A DNA stretch of 64,000 nucleotides from contig JAWODC010000043.1 of NCBI GenBank assembly GCA_046483495.1, forward strand, positions 1 to 64,000, written 5' to 3'. Of the stretch, positions 1 to 10,106 are shown piece after piece. This DNA comes from Desulfobacterales bacterium (GTDB lineage Bacteria > Desulfobacterota > Desulfobacteria > Desulfobacterales > UBA5616). The position numbers were made by a program, and so were the translations under genes. The notes beneath the pieces were generated by a model. It worked only from the letters and a program-made list of their open reading frames with translations, was not told the DNA's origin and ran no database searches. The number at the start of each line of letters is the position of its first letter. The stretch's first letter is position 1.

Positions 1-303
1 ATTTTCTTGATAAGCTGACCATAATTTGTCGATCGTCTGTTTATGATTTTCGGCATCTTTTTCAGCCTTCTCTAATTCCCGCTGCTCTTTTCGTGAGAGC
101 TGCCGGCCCTCGATCCTGGCTGAACGAATGATATTAGCCTTTGCCGGTGTCATTTTATTGGCATATTGACGGCCCACCTTTTCTTCATGAGTTTTTCCGT
201 CTTTTTTAAAAACGATATAATAAACCTTTTCCGTACCTTCACCGCCGATCCGCTTGGATTCCCGGAAATAGACGCCCGTATAATTTTTCGCTTTGATCCT
301 CAT
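1..303 (-). CDS. Tyrosine recombinase/phage-type integrase, N-terminal part (runs off the left window edge; absent from the ORF track)
   Basis: Manual translation from ATG at 303 (upstream SD AGAGGA) has no stop to position 1: MRIKAKNYTGVYFRESKRIGGEGTEKVYYIVFKKDGKTHEEKVGRQYANKMTPAKANIIRSARIEGRQLSRKEQRELEKAEKDAENHKQTIDKLWSAYQEN. It resembles integrase arm-binding N-termini and sits next to a tRNA fragment. The catalytic domain is not visible. Confidence 0.7.
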   Translation of the reverse strand, partial: MRIKAKNYTGVYFRESKRIGGEGTEKVYYIVFKKDGKTHEEKVGRQYANKMTPAKANIIRSARIEGRQLSRKEQRELEKAEKDAENHKQTIDKLWSAYQEN

Positions 304-437
304 TTTTTAAATCCTCTTTTTCAGATAATTTCTGCCTTCATATGGCCTTCATTATTTCCTGAAAACCATGCATCCTTCTGAGCGGTCTCAATTTTATAAG
401 GGCATTCCGTTGTTTTTATTCCCTCTTCATTTTGGCC

Positions 438-518
438 GGTTGGAAATATGGTTGGAAGCTTATTTTTTTTTATATGTTCTGAGCTGAAAACATGCATTTT
501 CCAACCCTATTTCCAACC
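438..518. repeat. Two inverted pairs of GGTTGGAA direct repeats (putative integrase arm-type sites)
   Basis: GGTTGGAA at 438 and 450; TTTCCAACC at 498 and 510; 12-bp period within each pair. Confidence 0.6.
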
Positions 519-646
519 TGTAGACCATTTTTATGCTTATGCTTCAGTTTTTATCTTTTTGCATCCTTTAAAATATACCCTATATAATCAATGCCTTTAA
601 TATATGTCAATATAAATAAGTGAAAATAGATAAAAATACATTTTTA

Positions 647-694
647 AGCCTCCGGAGCTGAAGATCGCAGGTTCGAATCCTGCCGGGCGTACCA
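647..694 (+). mobile_element. att site: 3' half of tRNA-Arg(CCG) marking the end of an integrated element
   Basis: AGCCTCCGGAGCTGAAGATCGCAGGTTCGAATCCTGCCGGGCGTACCA contains anticodon loop CTCCGGA, T-arm GGTTCGAATCC and the CCA end. Upstream DNA is AT-rich with no D-arm or 5' acceptor strand. Confidence 0.8.
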
Positions 695-703
695 TTCTTA
701 ATC

Positions 704-1768
704 CTACCCGATGATCACCAGATAGATCATGTATCCGAAATAGCAGCTCAGCAGAACAAGTCCGCCGCTGCGGTGAAGGGTGTTGTCTTTTTTCATCATG
801 AACCATGGAAGTATGCTCACGGCCATCATCATCAGGTAATCATAAATCAGGCCGCTTTCCAAAAATCCGCCGGGAATCGAAATGGGACGGACGAGAGCGG
901 CGGCGCCGATCACGCTGAGAAGGTTGAATACATTGCTGCCCACCAGATTGCCGATGCTGATATCCATCTCTTTTCTCAGAGCCGCAATGACCGAAGTAGC
1001 CAGTTCCGGCAGGGATGTACCCAAGGCGACAATCGTCAGCCCGATGAATTTTTCACTCACCCCGAGTGATGTCATCACAACGACGGCCGCATCGATAAGA
1101 ATTCGGGCGCCAAACACCACACCGGCGATACCGATGATGATCAAAAGGATCTGAAGGGGTTTCGATTCGATATGCCCGATCTCTTCGACGCCGGATTCGA
1201 ATTCGGAGATCAGCTCCCTTGCTTGTTTCACATGTTCATCATCAGCGGCTGAGATGCCTTCACGTGAAGAAGCGGCGTTTCTGTTGACTCCTCCCCCGGC
1301 CCCGGCGGCTAAGCGGCTTTCCCGGACGGATATGACATAATTGAAAATCGTGTACAGAATGATCCCGCCGAAAAGGCACGCTCCGTCGATGCGGGAAATC
1401 CGGGAATCCAGGGTAAGCACCAAAAGAAATGCTGACAGGGCAACCATCAGCGGGATGTCCCGGCGGATCACGGACTTGTCGGTGGTCATCGGCATCAGGC
1501 ACGCCGTTGCGCCAAGAACCAGGGCGATATTGCAGATATTGCTGCCCACGGCATTTCCGACGGCGATCATGCTCTTTTCCGCGAGGGAAGACATAACACT
1601 GACGACCAGTTCAGGTGCAGAAGTGCCGAAGGCCACCACCGTAAGGCCGATGACCATCGGGGTTATCCCGAGGCTTTCGGCCAGATTAGCCGCACCCTTC
1701 ACCAGCCAGTTCGCCCCATAATAGAGAAGTACAAAACCCGCCGCCATCAACAGCACCTGAATCCACAT
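704..1768 (-). CDS. Ca2+/Na+ antiporter (YrbG/CaCA family)
   Basis: Alpha-repeat motifs GTSAPEL..GNAVGSNI and GTSLPEL..GNLVGSNV; start re-placed at ATG 1768 after SD AGGAGG. Confidence 0.9.
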   Translation of the reverse strand: MWIQVLLMAAGFVLLYYGANWLVKGAANLAESLGITPMVIGLTVVAFGTSAPELVVSVMSSLAEKSMIAVGNAVGSNICNIALVLGATACLMPMTTDKSVIRRDIPLMVALSAFLLVLTLDSRISRIDGACLFGGIILYTIFNYVISVRESRLAAGAGGGVNRNAASSREGISAADDEHVKQARELISEFESGVEEIGHIESKPLQILLIIIGIAGVVFGARILIDAAVVVMTSLGVSEKFIGLTIVALGTSLPELATSVIAALRKEMDISIGNLVGSNVFNLLSVIGAAALVRPISIPGGFLESGLIYDYLMMMAVSILPWFMMKKDNTLHRSGGLVLLSCYFGYMIYLVIIG

Positions 1769-1954
1769 ACCGCCTCCTGACCATCTTTTTGCCGGTTTTT
1801 GCGGTTCCTTCAAAAACCGGATTGAGTTGCACCCGCCATAACTCAACCGATATTATGCGATCGATTCGAAATTGTCCACGCCAAGATTTTCGCCGGCTTT
1901 TATACGGCCTTCACCGGCTTGCAATTTCATCCGGACATGCTTATAATTCAAGGC

Positions 1955-3724
1955 ATGAAAACATCAAATGAAAAATTGCCCAATATCAAGGATCTCGAAA
2001 AAGAGATCGGTGAGTTTTTAGCGAAGAAATTCGGGGACAATGTTAAAGTGGTATCCCCTTTAGCGGAAAAAGACGAAATCGATGCGGTCGAAGGAAAACA
2101 GCACAACGCCGTAGAAGACGGCCTCAATTTCGATTTGAAACCCGAAGATCTGATCGCTTATCTGGATCAGTTCGTTGTCAAGCAGGATAATGCAAAGGCC
2201 ATTTTATGCACCAAAATCTGTACCCATTTTAACCGGATAAAGCATGCCCGGTCCCAAAAAGACGAAATGGTCGGCAATATCAAGAACAACGTGCTGATGA
2301 TCGGACCCACCGGTGTTGGAAAGACCTATATCATCCGGTTGATCGCCAAAAAAATAGGGGTCCCTTTTGTAAAGGGAGATGCAACCAAGTTTTCAGAAAC
2401 CGGATATGTAGGCGGCGATGTTGAAGACCTGGTAAGGGATCTGGTCCGTGAAGCAAATGGAGACATGTCCCTGGCTCAATACGGCATTATCTACATCGAT
2501 GAAATCGATAAAATCGCCTCCAGTCACAATATGATCGGTGCGGATGTATCGCGAACCGGTGTGCAGCGGGCGCTGCTGAAGCCCCTGGAGGAGACCGAAG
2601 TCGATTTAAAGGTGCCCCATGATCCCATTTCCATGTTCCAGGAATTGGAGCGATTCAGGAAAACAGGGGACCGCAACCGCCAGACGGTCAATACCAAGCA
2701 TATTTTATTTATCGTCAGCGGTGCATTCAGTGAATTGAGCAAAATCATCAAAAACCGAATGACGGATCAGGAAATCGGGTTCGGCGCCCGGATTCATAAA
2801 CATCAAAATCCGGATGATGTTCTGAAGCACGTCAAATCAGAAGATTTAATGGCCTTCGGCTTTGAATCCGAATTCGTCGGGCGGCTTCCGGTCAGGGCCG
2901 TTTTTGAACGGCTGACCAGGATGGATTTGTACGATGTTTTAAAAAATCCGAATAATCCGATCATACTCGGCAAAAAACTCGATTTTGCCGCTTACGGCAT
3001 CCATGTAAAATTCGATGACGCCGCGTTGAAAAAGATCGCTGAACGTGCATTCGAGGAAAACACCGGTGCCAGGGGGCTTGTCAGCGCCGTTGAACGATCA
3101 TTACTGCTGTTTGAAACCCGGCTGCCGTCTCTCAATATCGAGGAGTTTCCCGTTACGGAGGAGGTTTTCCAGGACCCCGAAAAATCCTTCGAGCATCTTT
3201 TTGCGCCCTCCAGGGCTGAATATCGAAAAGAAGTGTTCAACCATTTGGTTGAGCAGGACGTTTCATATATCACAAACTATCTTTCTGAAAACGCCCGCAA
3301 GCTTTCCGACAAGCACAATCTCAATCTGAATCCCGTCAGGAAAGAAATCGTTGCGAGATACTATTCAAAAAGCCCGATGACGGTAGGAGACGCCATTCGG
3401 CACGCCCGGTCCGTTTATGACGCCGTTAAACGAATCGAACTGCAATTTTATGAAAATCATGATATCAACATTATCCTTGAAGAAGATGCCATTGACCTGA
3501 TAATGGACCAAATGATAACGAACAACATCGATGCCGGGGAAATCTATCGGCGCATTTCGTCGGATTTTGAATTCGGGTTGCGGCTCCTGCGTGACAAAAC
3601 CCATAAGTCCAGGTTTTTTATCAACGGGGATGCCATCCTCGACCCGGAAAAGTACATCAGCAAAATGATTCAGGACAATATCAGCGCCGAAGCTTACACC
3701 GCGACGAAACGAGAGAACGTATAA
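1955..3724 (+). CDS. ClpX-like AAA+ ATPase (no N-terminal zinc-binding domain, long C-terminal extension)
   Basis: Walker A GPTGVGKT, pore loop GYVG, Walker B IYIDEIDK, IGF loop, EFVGRLP, TGARGL; start position uncertain. Confidence 0.85.
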   Translation: MKTSNEKLPNIKDLEKEIGEFLAKKFGDNVKVVSPLAEKDEIDAVEGKQHNAVEDGLNFDLKPEDLIAYLDQFVVKQDNAKAILCTKICTHFNRIKHARSQKDEMVGNIKNNVLMIGPTGVGKTYIIRLIAKKIGVPFVKGDATKFSETGYVGGDVEDLVRDLVREANGDMSLAQYGIIYIDEIDKIASSHNMIGADVSRTGVQRALLKPLEETEVDLKVPHDPISMFQELERFRKTGDRNRQTVNTKHILFIVSGAFSELSKIIKNRMTDQEIGFGARIHKHQNPDDVLKHVKSEDLMAFGFESEFVGRLPVRAVFERLTRMDLYDVLKNPNNPIILGKKLDFAAYGIHVKFDDAALKKIAERAFEENTGARGLVSAVERSLLLFETRLPSLNIEEFPVTEEVFQDPEKSFEHLFAPSRAEYRKEVFNHLVEQDVSYITNYLSENARKLSDKHNLNLNPVRKEIVARYYSKSPMTVGDAIRHARSVYDAVKRIELQFYENHDINIILEEDAIDLIMDQMITNNIDAGEIYRRISSDFEFGLRLLRDKTHKSRFFINGDAILDPEKYISKMIQDNISAEAYTATKRENV

Positions 3725-4914
3725 TGATTGGGATTTCTAAACTGTACTGCGGATCCGTCGAACCTTCGGATGCGCTTCGATACGGGCGGGATTCATCACG
3801 GCTGCCGTCCCATCTCCTTCAGTTTTCAAGCGACAAGCGTCCGGTTGTGGTCTGGAATGTAACCCGACGCTGCAATTTGAAATGCATTCATTGTTATGCC
3901 CAGGCAACGGACCCGTCACAAGTGTATGAGGAACTGTCCACTGCGGACGGAAAACGGCTGATTGACGACCTCGCCGATTTCGGTGTCCCGGTGATCCTGT
4001 TTTCAGGAGGAGAACCCCTTGTGAGAAAGGATCTTCCCGATTTGGCCGATTACGCGGTTCGAAAAGGTCTGCGCGCGGTCATTTCGACAAACGGCACATT
4101 GATATCCCCGGAAACCGCACGCGTGTTGAAAGAAATCGGATTGTCGTATGTCGGCATCAGCCTTGACGGTATGGAAGCGGTGAATGATCAATTCAGAGGG
4201 GTAAACGGCGCCTTTCAGGCGGCGTTGAACGGCATCCGAAACTGCCGTGATGCCGGCATCAAGGTCGGGCTGCGGTTTACGATCAATCGCTTGAATATCC
4301 ATGAAATGCCGGGCATCTTCGATTTGTTAAAAACGATGGAAATTCCAAGGGCCTGTTTTTATCACCTGGTGTATGCCGGCCGCGGGTCAAGTCTTATTCA
4401 TGATGATCTTTCCCATGAACAAACCCGAAAAGCAGTGGACCTTATCATCGATCGGACCCGGCAGCTGTTCGATGAGAACGACCCCAAAGAAATCCTGACG
4501 GTTGACAACCATGCCGACGGCCCGTACGTTTACCTGCGTTTATTGAGGGAAAATCCCGAACGTGCCGAAGAAGTTCTCGAGCTGCTGAAGATGAATGAAG
4601 GAAACAGCTCCGGAAGGGGTATCGGCTGCGTCAGTTGGGACGGTGAAGTCCATGCAGACCAGTTCTGGCGCCACTACAGCTTCGGAAATGTGAAAGAACG
4701 TCCGTTCTCGGAAATATGGTCCGACCTGTCGGAACCTCTCATGAAGCGTTTGAAATCCAAAAAAGCGTTTGTCAAAGGACGTTGCGCGACCTGTCGGTGG
4801 CTGGACCTATGCGGTGGTAATTTCAGGGTCAGGGCCGAAGCGGTCACCGGCGATATCTGGTCACCCGACCCGGCATGTTATTTAACGGACGGAGAAATCG
4901 CCCGACCTGCGTAA
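3724..4914 (+). CDS. ahbC: Radical SAM 12,18-didecarboxysiroheme deacetylase (Fe-coproporphyrin synthase)
   Basis: N-terminus [18 protein letters not shown] motif, SPASM-type C-terminus; adjacent to hemB and ahbD. Confidence 0.9.
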   Translation: MIGISKLYCGSVEPSDALRYGRDSSRLPSHLLQFSSDKRPVVVWNVTRRCNLKCIHCYAQATDPSQVYEELSTADGKRLIDDLADFGVPVILFSGGEPLVRKDLPDLADYAVRKGLRAVISTNGTLISPETARVLKEIGLSYVGISLDGMEAVNDQFRGVNGAFQAALNGIRNCRDAGIKVGLRFTINRLNIHEMPGIFDLLKTMEIPRACFYHLVYAGRGSSLIHDDLSHEQTRKAVDLIIDRTRQLFDENDPKEILTVDNHADGPYVYLRLLRENPERAEEVLELLKMNEGNSSGRGIGCVSWDGEVHADQFWRHYSFGNVKERPFSEIWSDLSEPLMKRLKSKKAFVKGRCATCRWLDLCGGNFRVRAEAVTGDIWSPDPACYLTDGEIARPA

Positions 4915-4927
4915 AGAGGAGATCCAA

Positions 4928-5905
4928 ATGCTTTTTCCGGAATACAGACCCAGGCGCATGCGCCGGAATGAGGCCTTTCGACGAATGGTCAGAGAAACCG
5001 CATTGGCGCCCGACGACCTTGTACTCCCGTTGTTTGCCGTACCTGGAAAACAGGTCAAGAATCCTATTCCGTCATTGCCCGGACATTTTCATCTGTCCGT
5101 AGACAACCTCCCCAAGGTGGTCCGGGAAGCCCGCGATTTGGGTATTCCCGCCGTTATTCTCTTTGGTTTACCCGAAAAAAAAGACCCATTGGGGACTGAA
5201 GCCTACAAAGCCGACGGCATCGTCCAGCGTGCGGTAAAGGCGGTTAAGACCCAGGTTCCCGACATTGTCGTCATTACCGATGTATGTTTGTGCCAGTACA
5301 CGGATCACGGGCATTGCGGTTTCGTTGACGGCGATATCGTCGACAATGACGCCTCTTTGGACCTGTTGGCGCGGACGGCGCTCTCACATGCCGAAGCCGG
5401 CGCCGATATGGTGGCCCCTTCCGATATGATGGACGGCCGTGTGGCGGAAATTCGGGATGCGCTGGATGAAAACGACTTCAGCCATATTCCCATCATGTCT
5501 TATGCCGTAAAGTACTGCTCGGCCTACTACGGCCCGTTCAGGTCAGCCGCTGATTCAGCGCCTCGATTCGGCGACAGAAGAACCTATCAGATGGATCCGG
5601 CAAACGCCCTGGAAGCCGTTCGAGAAGCCGGCATGGACGTGGAGGAGGGCGCGGATATCATCATGATCAAACCCGCCCTGCCCTATTTGGATGTTATCTA
5701 CCGAATTCGTTCCGAATTCGATCTGCCGGTTGCGGCCTACAATGTCAGTGGCGAATTCGCCATGATCAAGGCTGCAGACAACATGGGATGGATAAACGGT
5801 GAAGACGTAATGATGGAATCGCTGACCGCTATTAAACGTGCCGGTGCGGATATCGTCATCACCTATTTCGCTTTGGAAGCAGCCCGGCGGATAAACCGGA
5901 AGTAA
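4928..5905 (+). CDS. hemB: Porphobilinogen synthase
   Basis: [47 protein letters not shown]. Confidence 0.97.
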   Translation: MLFPEYRPRRMRRNEAFRRMVRETALAPDDLVLPLFAVPGKQVKNPIPSLPGHFHLSVDNLPKVVREARDLGIPAVILFGLPEKKDPLGTEAYKADGIVQRAVKAVKTQVPDIVVITDVCLCQYTDHGHCGFVDGDIVDNDASLDLLARTALSHAEAGADMVAPSDMMDGRVAEIRDALDENDFSHIPIMSYAVKYCSAYYGPFRSAADSAPRFGDRRTYQMDPANALEAVREAGMDVEEGADIIMIKPALPYLDVIYRIRSEFDLPVAAYNVSGEFAMIKAADNMGWINGEDVMMESLTAIKRAGADIVITYFALEAARRINRK

Positions 5906-5906
5906 T

Positions 5907-7031
5907 ATGAAAGAAACATTTTCACCAAACCGGAAGCCGGCCCCGGATACACCGCGACACTCCGCTTCGGAGCGCACATTTCCCGAGTTGCGGCTCGTTG
6001 CGTGGGAAACAACACGAAACTGCAACCTATCCTGCATACATTGCCGGGCCTCCGCCGAAAAAGGGCCGTTCAAAGGCGAACTGGACACGCAGGCCTCCTA
6101 TGACCTTCTGGACCAAATAGCAGAAGTCGGAAACCCGATCGTCATACTGACCGGCGGAGAACCCCTGATGAGGCCGGACATTTTCGACATCGCCGCCTAT
6201 GGGACCGAAAAAGGGCTCCGCATGGTGATGGCGCCGAACGGCACCCTGATCACCCGCGAAAATGCCCGAAAAATGGTTACGGCCGGCATAAAGCGCATCA
6301 GCATCAGTTTGGACGGGGCGACCGAACAAACCCATGATCGGTTCAGGGGCGTAACAGGCGCATACAAGGGTGCGGTAAACGGCATTCGCCTTGCCAAAGA
6401 AGCCGGTTTGGCATTTCAAATCAATACGACCGTCACCCGCACCAATCTCGATGAGATACCGGCAATTCACGCGCTTGCCGTTAGCCTCGGCGCGGCGGCC
6501 CATCACATCTTCCTTCTGGTCCCCACGGGACGGGGCAAATATATCGTCGATCAGGAAATTACGGCGGATGAATACGAGCGTACGCTAAACTGGTTTTATG
6601 ACCGGAGGGATAAAAGCCCCCTGCAATTAAAAGCCACCTGTGCCCCCCATTACTATCGAATCTTGCGGCAGCGTGCAAAAAAGGAGGGCAAAACCGTTAC
6701 GTTTTCTTCACACGGTATGGATGCCGCCACGCGTGGATGTCTCGGCGGCACCGGGTTTTGTTTCATTTCCCACCGGGGAATCGTGCAGCCGTGCGGTTTT
6801 CTGGATCTGCCCTGCGGAGATGTCACCGAGAAGCCTTTTTCGACAATATGGAAAGAATCCGAAGTGTTTCTCCGTTTACGGGATTTCGACAATCTCAAAG
6901 GGAAATGCGGCATCTGCGAATACAAAAACGTCTGCGGCGGCTGTCGTGCCAGAGCCTTTGAAGCCACCGGAGATTATCTGGCCGAGGAGCCGCTCTGCTC
7001 CTATCAACCCCGGACCAGGGGCAATATATAA
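5907..7031 (+). CDS. ahbD: Radical SAM heme b synthase (AdoMet-dependent)
   Basis: LVAWETTRNCNLSCIHC, LLVPTGRG, KATCAPHYYR, GCLGGTGFCF, CxxC...CGGCRARA SPASM. Confidence 0.9.
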   Translation: MKETFSPNRKPAPDTPRHSASERTFPELRLVAWETTRNCNLSCIHCRASAEKGPFKGELDTQASYDLLDQIAEVGNPIVILTGGEPLMRPDIFDIAAYGTEKGLRMVMAPNGTLITRENARKMVTAGIKRISISLDGATEQTHDRFRGVTGAYKGAVNGIRLAKEAGLAFQINTTVTRTNLDEIPAIHALAVSLGAAAHHIFLLVPTGRGKYIVDQEITADEYERTLNWFYDRRDKSPLQLKATCAPHYYRILRQRAKKEGKTVTFSSHGMDAATRGCLGGTGFCFISHRGIVQPCGFLDLPCGDVTEKPFSTIWKESEVFLRLRDFDNLKGKCGICEYKNVCGGCRARAFEATGDYLAEEPLCSYQPRTRGNI

Positions 7032-7281
7032 CCTCCTGTAAGTGCAAAATCCATAATCCGAACGCCTTACTTTGGTGCGAACGAGCAGGACACGCGCGAT
7101 GAGCGAGACGAGCGGGGCGGGATCGGCTTGCATCGTTTTTCTGCCGGGCGCTGCGGTTTAAGGCCTTTTCGGACTCGATAAATCGTTGATTCTGATTGAT
7201 ATTACGTCGGACAAGTGGTAAAAGGAAAATGAAATGCCCATCCGGCGTCAAGCAGCCGCAGGAAACATCATAGGAAAAATC

Positions 7282-7887
7282 ATGAAGATCCATTCGTTAA
7301 TGATTCATGATCCAATTACGATCATGGAAAAAACCACGATCGAGGACGCCCTGACCCTGATGAAGCAGAATTCCATCCGCCATCTGCCGGTCGTAACGGA
7401 ATCCGGAAATCTGAAAGGCCTGGTAACGCTTTCCGACATCAAACAAAGCCTGATTCCCTCCATGCTGGGCGACATCTCCCTATCCGATATCATGGTAAGA
7501 AAACCGATAAAGGTGAATCCCGATGCGGATATCGAGACGGCCGCCCTGCTGATCTATAAACACAAGATCAGTGGAATACCCGTGGTCTCCAACAGGAAAC
7601 TCGTGGGAATTATCACGGAAAGCGACATCTTAAGGGCTTTCGTCCACATGATGGGCATCCTGAGCAACAGCTCCAGAATCGATGTTGAAATTTCCAATGA
7701 GCCGGGCTCGCTGAGAAACGCCGTTCAGATTATCAATGAGGCCGGAGGGGATATCATCAATGTCGGCATGACGGAAGAAAAGAATAAAAAAAGGGCATAC
7801 TACTTCCGTCTGTCGGCGTGCCGTACATCGAAAATTAAAAAAGCACTGGAAAAGCAAGGATACCGGGTCATGGATGCCATGGATTAA
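7282..7887 (+). CDS. CBS pair + ACT domain protein (AcuB-like)
   Basis: IRHLPVV and ISGIPVV..LVGIITESDI CBS motifs; C-terminal NEPGSL ACT-like segment. Confidence 0.8.
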   Translation: MKIHSLMIHDPITIMEKTTIEDALTLMKQNSIRHLPVVTESGNLKGLVTLSDIKQSLIPSMLGDISLSDIMVRKPIKVNPDADIETAALLIYKHKISGIPVVSNRKLVGIITESDILRAFVHMMGILSNSSRIDVEISNEPGSLRNAVQIINEAGGDIINVGMTEEKNKKRAYYFRLSACRTSKIKKALEKQGYRVMDAMD

Positions 7888-7925
7888 TTCGGCTCCAATC
7901 AAAGGTTCGGCGATATCTTTGACGG

Positions 7926-10031
7926 TTATTCCGACATGTCATCGGCCAGCGCGTTCAACAAAAGCGTGATCGGCATGTGCTCCTCGTCGTTATCGAACAG
8001 CACGACAGGCCCGGGGGTTCGATATTGGTCGTAAAGCGCATCTGCGGCAAGCCATTTCTCCCTCAAGGCCTTGGCGACTCTAAAGGCCCCGCTGTTGACA
8101 TCCACTAGGCTCCTTTCTAAAACCAGTGCCAACTTGCCGTTTCGTTCTTCGACATGCATCAATGGTGCAATGGGAATTCCGATGGGCTCCCATCGATCGA
8201 ATCCTTTTTCTAAATTCCGTATCGCCGCCATCTGTCCGGTTACGCCGTTAGCGATCAGCGAGAAGACGGTCAGGCCCAGGTTGTATGTATAAACCGCATC
8301 GAATTGGGTGGGGTCGTTGCCTCTTCCATCATAGCCGAAAAAATGAACCTGTGTTTTGAAATTCGGAATGGATTTCTTGTACATCTTGAGAACAGGCTCG
8401 GGAATGTTCTTTGAGTTGTCGATCAACCCGGATTTGACAAGCTCCTGCTTCAATGTTTTGTTCGAAATAATCGACGCTTTCATCAGGAGGCACTCCGATT
8501 CACCAAAGTTCCGGAAGAGTGTGGGGCCGAAAACTTCCGGATCCAATCCTCCCCGTTTCATGGTTTTGTCGTAATACGTCTGGTGAATGCCGATTCGATA
8601 CTCTCCTCTTTCAAGAAGCGTTTGAAGGTAATCCTTTACCAGGCCGATGATGACCTTCTCCGTCTCGACCTGAGAAAACGGGAAATTGCCGTGGCTGTCT
8701 CTTTCCATCAGAAGACCCTCCTGGAAGAAGTCGGGGACGTCATTGAACAAATCATCATCCCGGGTATTCCAGATGGAAAAACCGTCCTCTTCTCTGGACC
8801 GTCGGGCCAGCCGCCTCAAATAATCCAGCTTTTCTTCCAGGATCGGAAAGTCCTGATGAAAATCCGAATCATGGACTTTGTTATAATCGGCGATAATGGT
8901 GTTGAGCTTAATAATGAAGACCTGAATTTCATTGATGAACTCGAGAATGCCCTCCGGAATCACGATAACCCCGTAATTTTTTCCCATGGCGGCCCTTCGA
9001 ACGATCCCGTCACAGATAACCCGGGATAAATGCCGCAGTGTCATGCCGAAGGCCGTATAATCGATCGTGTTTTCAGCAGCGGCCCTTTCAAGCCGCTGGA
9101 TGTCTATGTAATCCGCGAGATCTTCACCGATAAAGGTCATATTCGCGTGCGTCTGAAGGGCGGTTTCCAATGCGAGATGACTCGCCACCCGGCCCATAAC
9201 TTTACAGATGTGCCAGTATTTGACATCCGAACTGCAGTCCTTGCACAGATTGCTGATCTGGTTGGCGAAGGCTCTGGCCGCTGTATGAAATCCAAAAGAA
9301 ATGGCGCAAAGTGGATTTCCCGAGGCATCCCTTACCTGCAGGTCGCCGTCGATGGTTTTTGGTACACCGATCACCTGTATACCGTCTTTAATCATTTCCT
9401 GGGCCAAAAAGGCGGCATTCGTGTTCGAATCATCCCCCCCGACGATGACCAATGCATCGAGGTCGAGGTTTCGACATGTTTCCCTGGAAAGCTCCATTTT
9501 TTGAACGCTGTCTATTTTTGTCCTGCCGGTCTTGATCATGCCGAATCCGCCTACATTCCGGTATGCGTCGACAAGCTCTTTGTCGATTTCGATGGCTTCA
9601 TTTTCAATAATCCCGTCCGGTCCAAGAAGGAACCCGAACAGCCGATTGTCCGGATTGCATTTTTTTGCCGCATCATACAGCCCGGCGATGACATTATGCC
9701 CCCCCGGCGCCGGTCCTCCGGAAAATACAATGCCGATCTTTTTCTTTTTCTTATGGCGCGCCAAGGCTGAAGAGGGTAGCGAGCTTGTTCCGCAAACGGC
9801 CTGCACCGGGTTTTTTATGATGCCGGGAAAGCGTTTCTTGCTTTCCGGATTGATCTTGAAAAAAAATTCGGGCCTATCCTCCAGAATGGTATACGGATGT
9901 TTGAATACGCCGCATATATCCGGAACGAACTTTTGCCGTGCCTTTAAAATATCGTTGACGTTTTGGGTGACCTTCTGAACAACGGTATGTGAGAGGAGGG
10001 CTTCTAACGTGTCCTTGGATTCGGGTTTCAT
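7926..10031 (-). CDS. pfp: Pyrophosphate-dependent phosphofructokinase (long clade)
   Basis: SGGPAPGGHNVI, GGDDSNT and PKTIDGD (PPi-specific Asp/Lys signature), VMGR, HFFGYDGR. Confidence 0.88.
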   Translation of the reverse strand: MKPESKDTLEALLSHTVVQKVTQNVNDILKARQKFVPDICGVFKHPYTILEDRPEFFFKINPESKKRFPGIIKNPVQAVCGTSSLPSSALARHKKKKKIGIVFSGGPAPGGHNVIAGLYDAAKKCNPDNRLFGFLLGPDGIIENEAIEIDKELVDAYRNVGGFGMIKTGRTKIDSVQKMELSRETCRNLDLDALVIVGGDDSNTNAAFLAQEMIKDGIQVIGVPKTIDGDLQVRDASGNPLCAISFGFHTAARAFANQISNLCKDCSSDVKYWHICKVMGRVASHLALETALQTHANMTFIGEDLADYIDIQRLERAAAENTIDYTAFGMTLRHLSRVICDGIVRRAAMGKNYGVIVIPEGILEFINEIQVFIIKLNTIIADYNKVHDSDFHQDFPILEEKLDYLRRLARRSREEDGFSIWNTRDDDLFNDVPDFFQEGLLMERDSHGNFPFSQVETEKVIIGLVKDYLQTLLERGEYRIGIHQTYYDKTMKRGGLDPEVFGPTLFRNFGESECLLMKASIISNKTLKQELVKSGLIDNSKNIPEPVLKMYKKSIPNFKTQVHFFGYDGRGNDPTQFDAVYTYNLGLTVFSLIANGVTGQMAAIRNLEKGFDRWEPIGIPIAPLMHVEERNGKLALVLERSLVDVNSGAFRVAKALREKWLAADALYDQYRTPGPVVLFDNDEEHMPITLLLNALADDMSE

Positions 10032-10106
10032 GATTATTCCTTCCTTCTTAAACCGGACCGAGGAAAAACATTTTCAAAAAAATTATACGCCACTCGATCT
10101 CTTTTT

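Noticed and set aside
597..700. Intact tRNA-Arg gene, or the 69-aa ORF 597-806
   Set aside because: No D-arm or 5' acceptor strand upstream of 647. The ORF merely reads the antisense of the tRNA fragment (MVRPAGFEPA).
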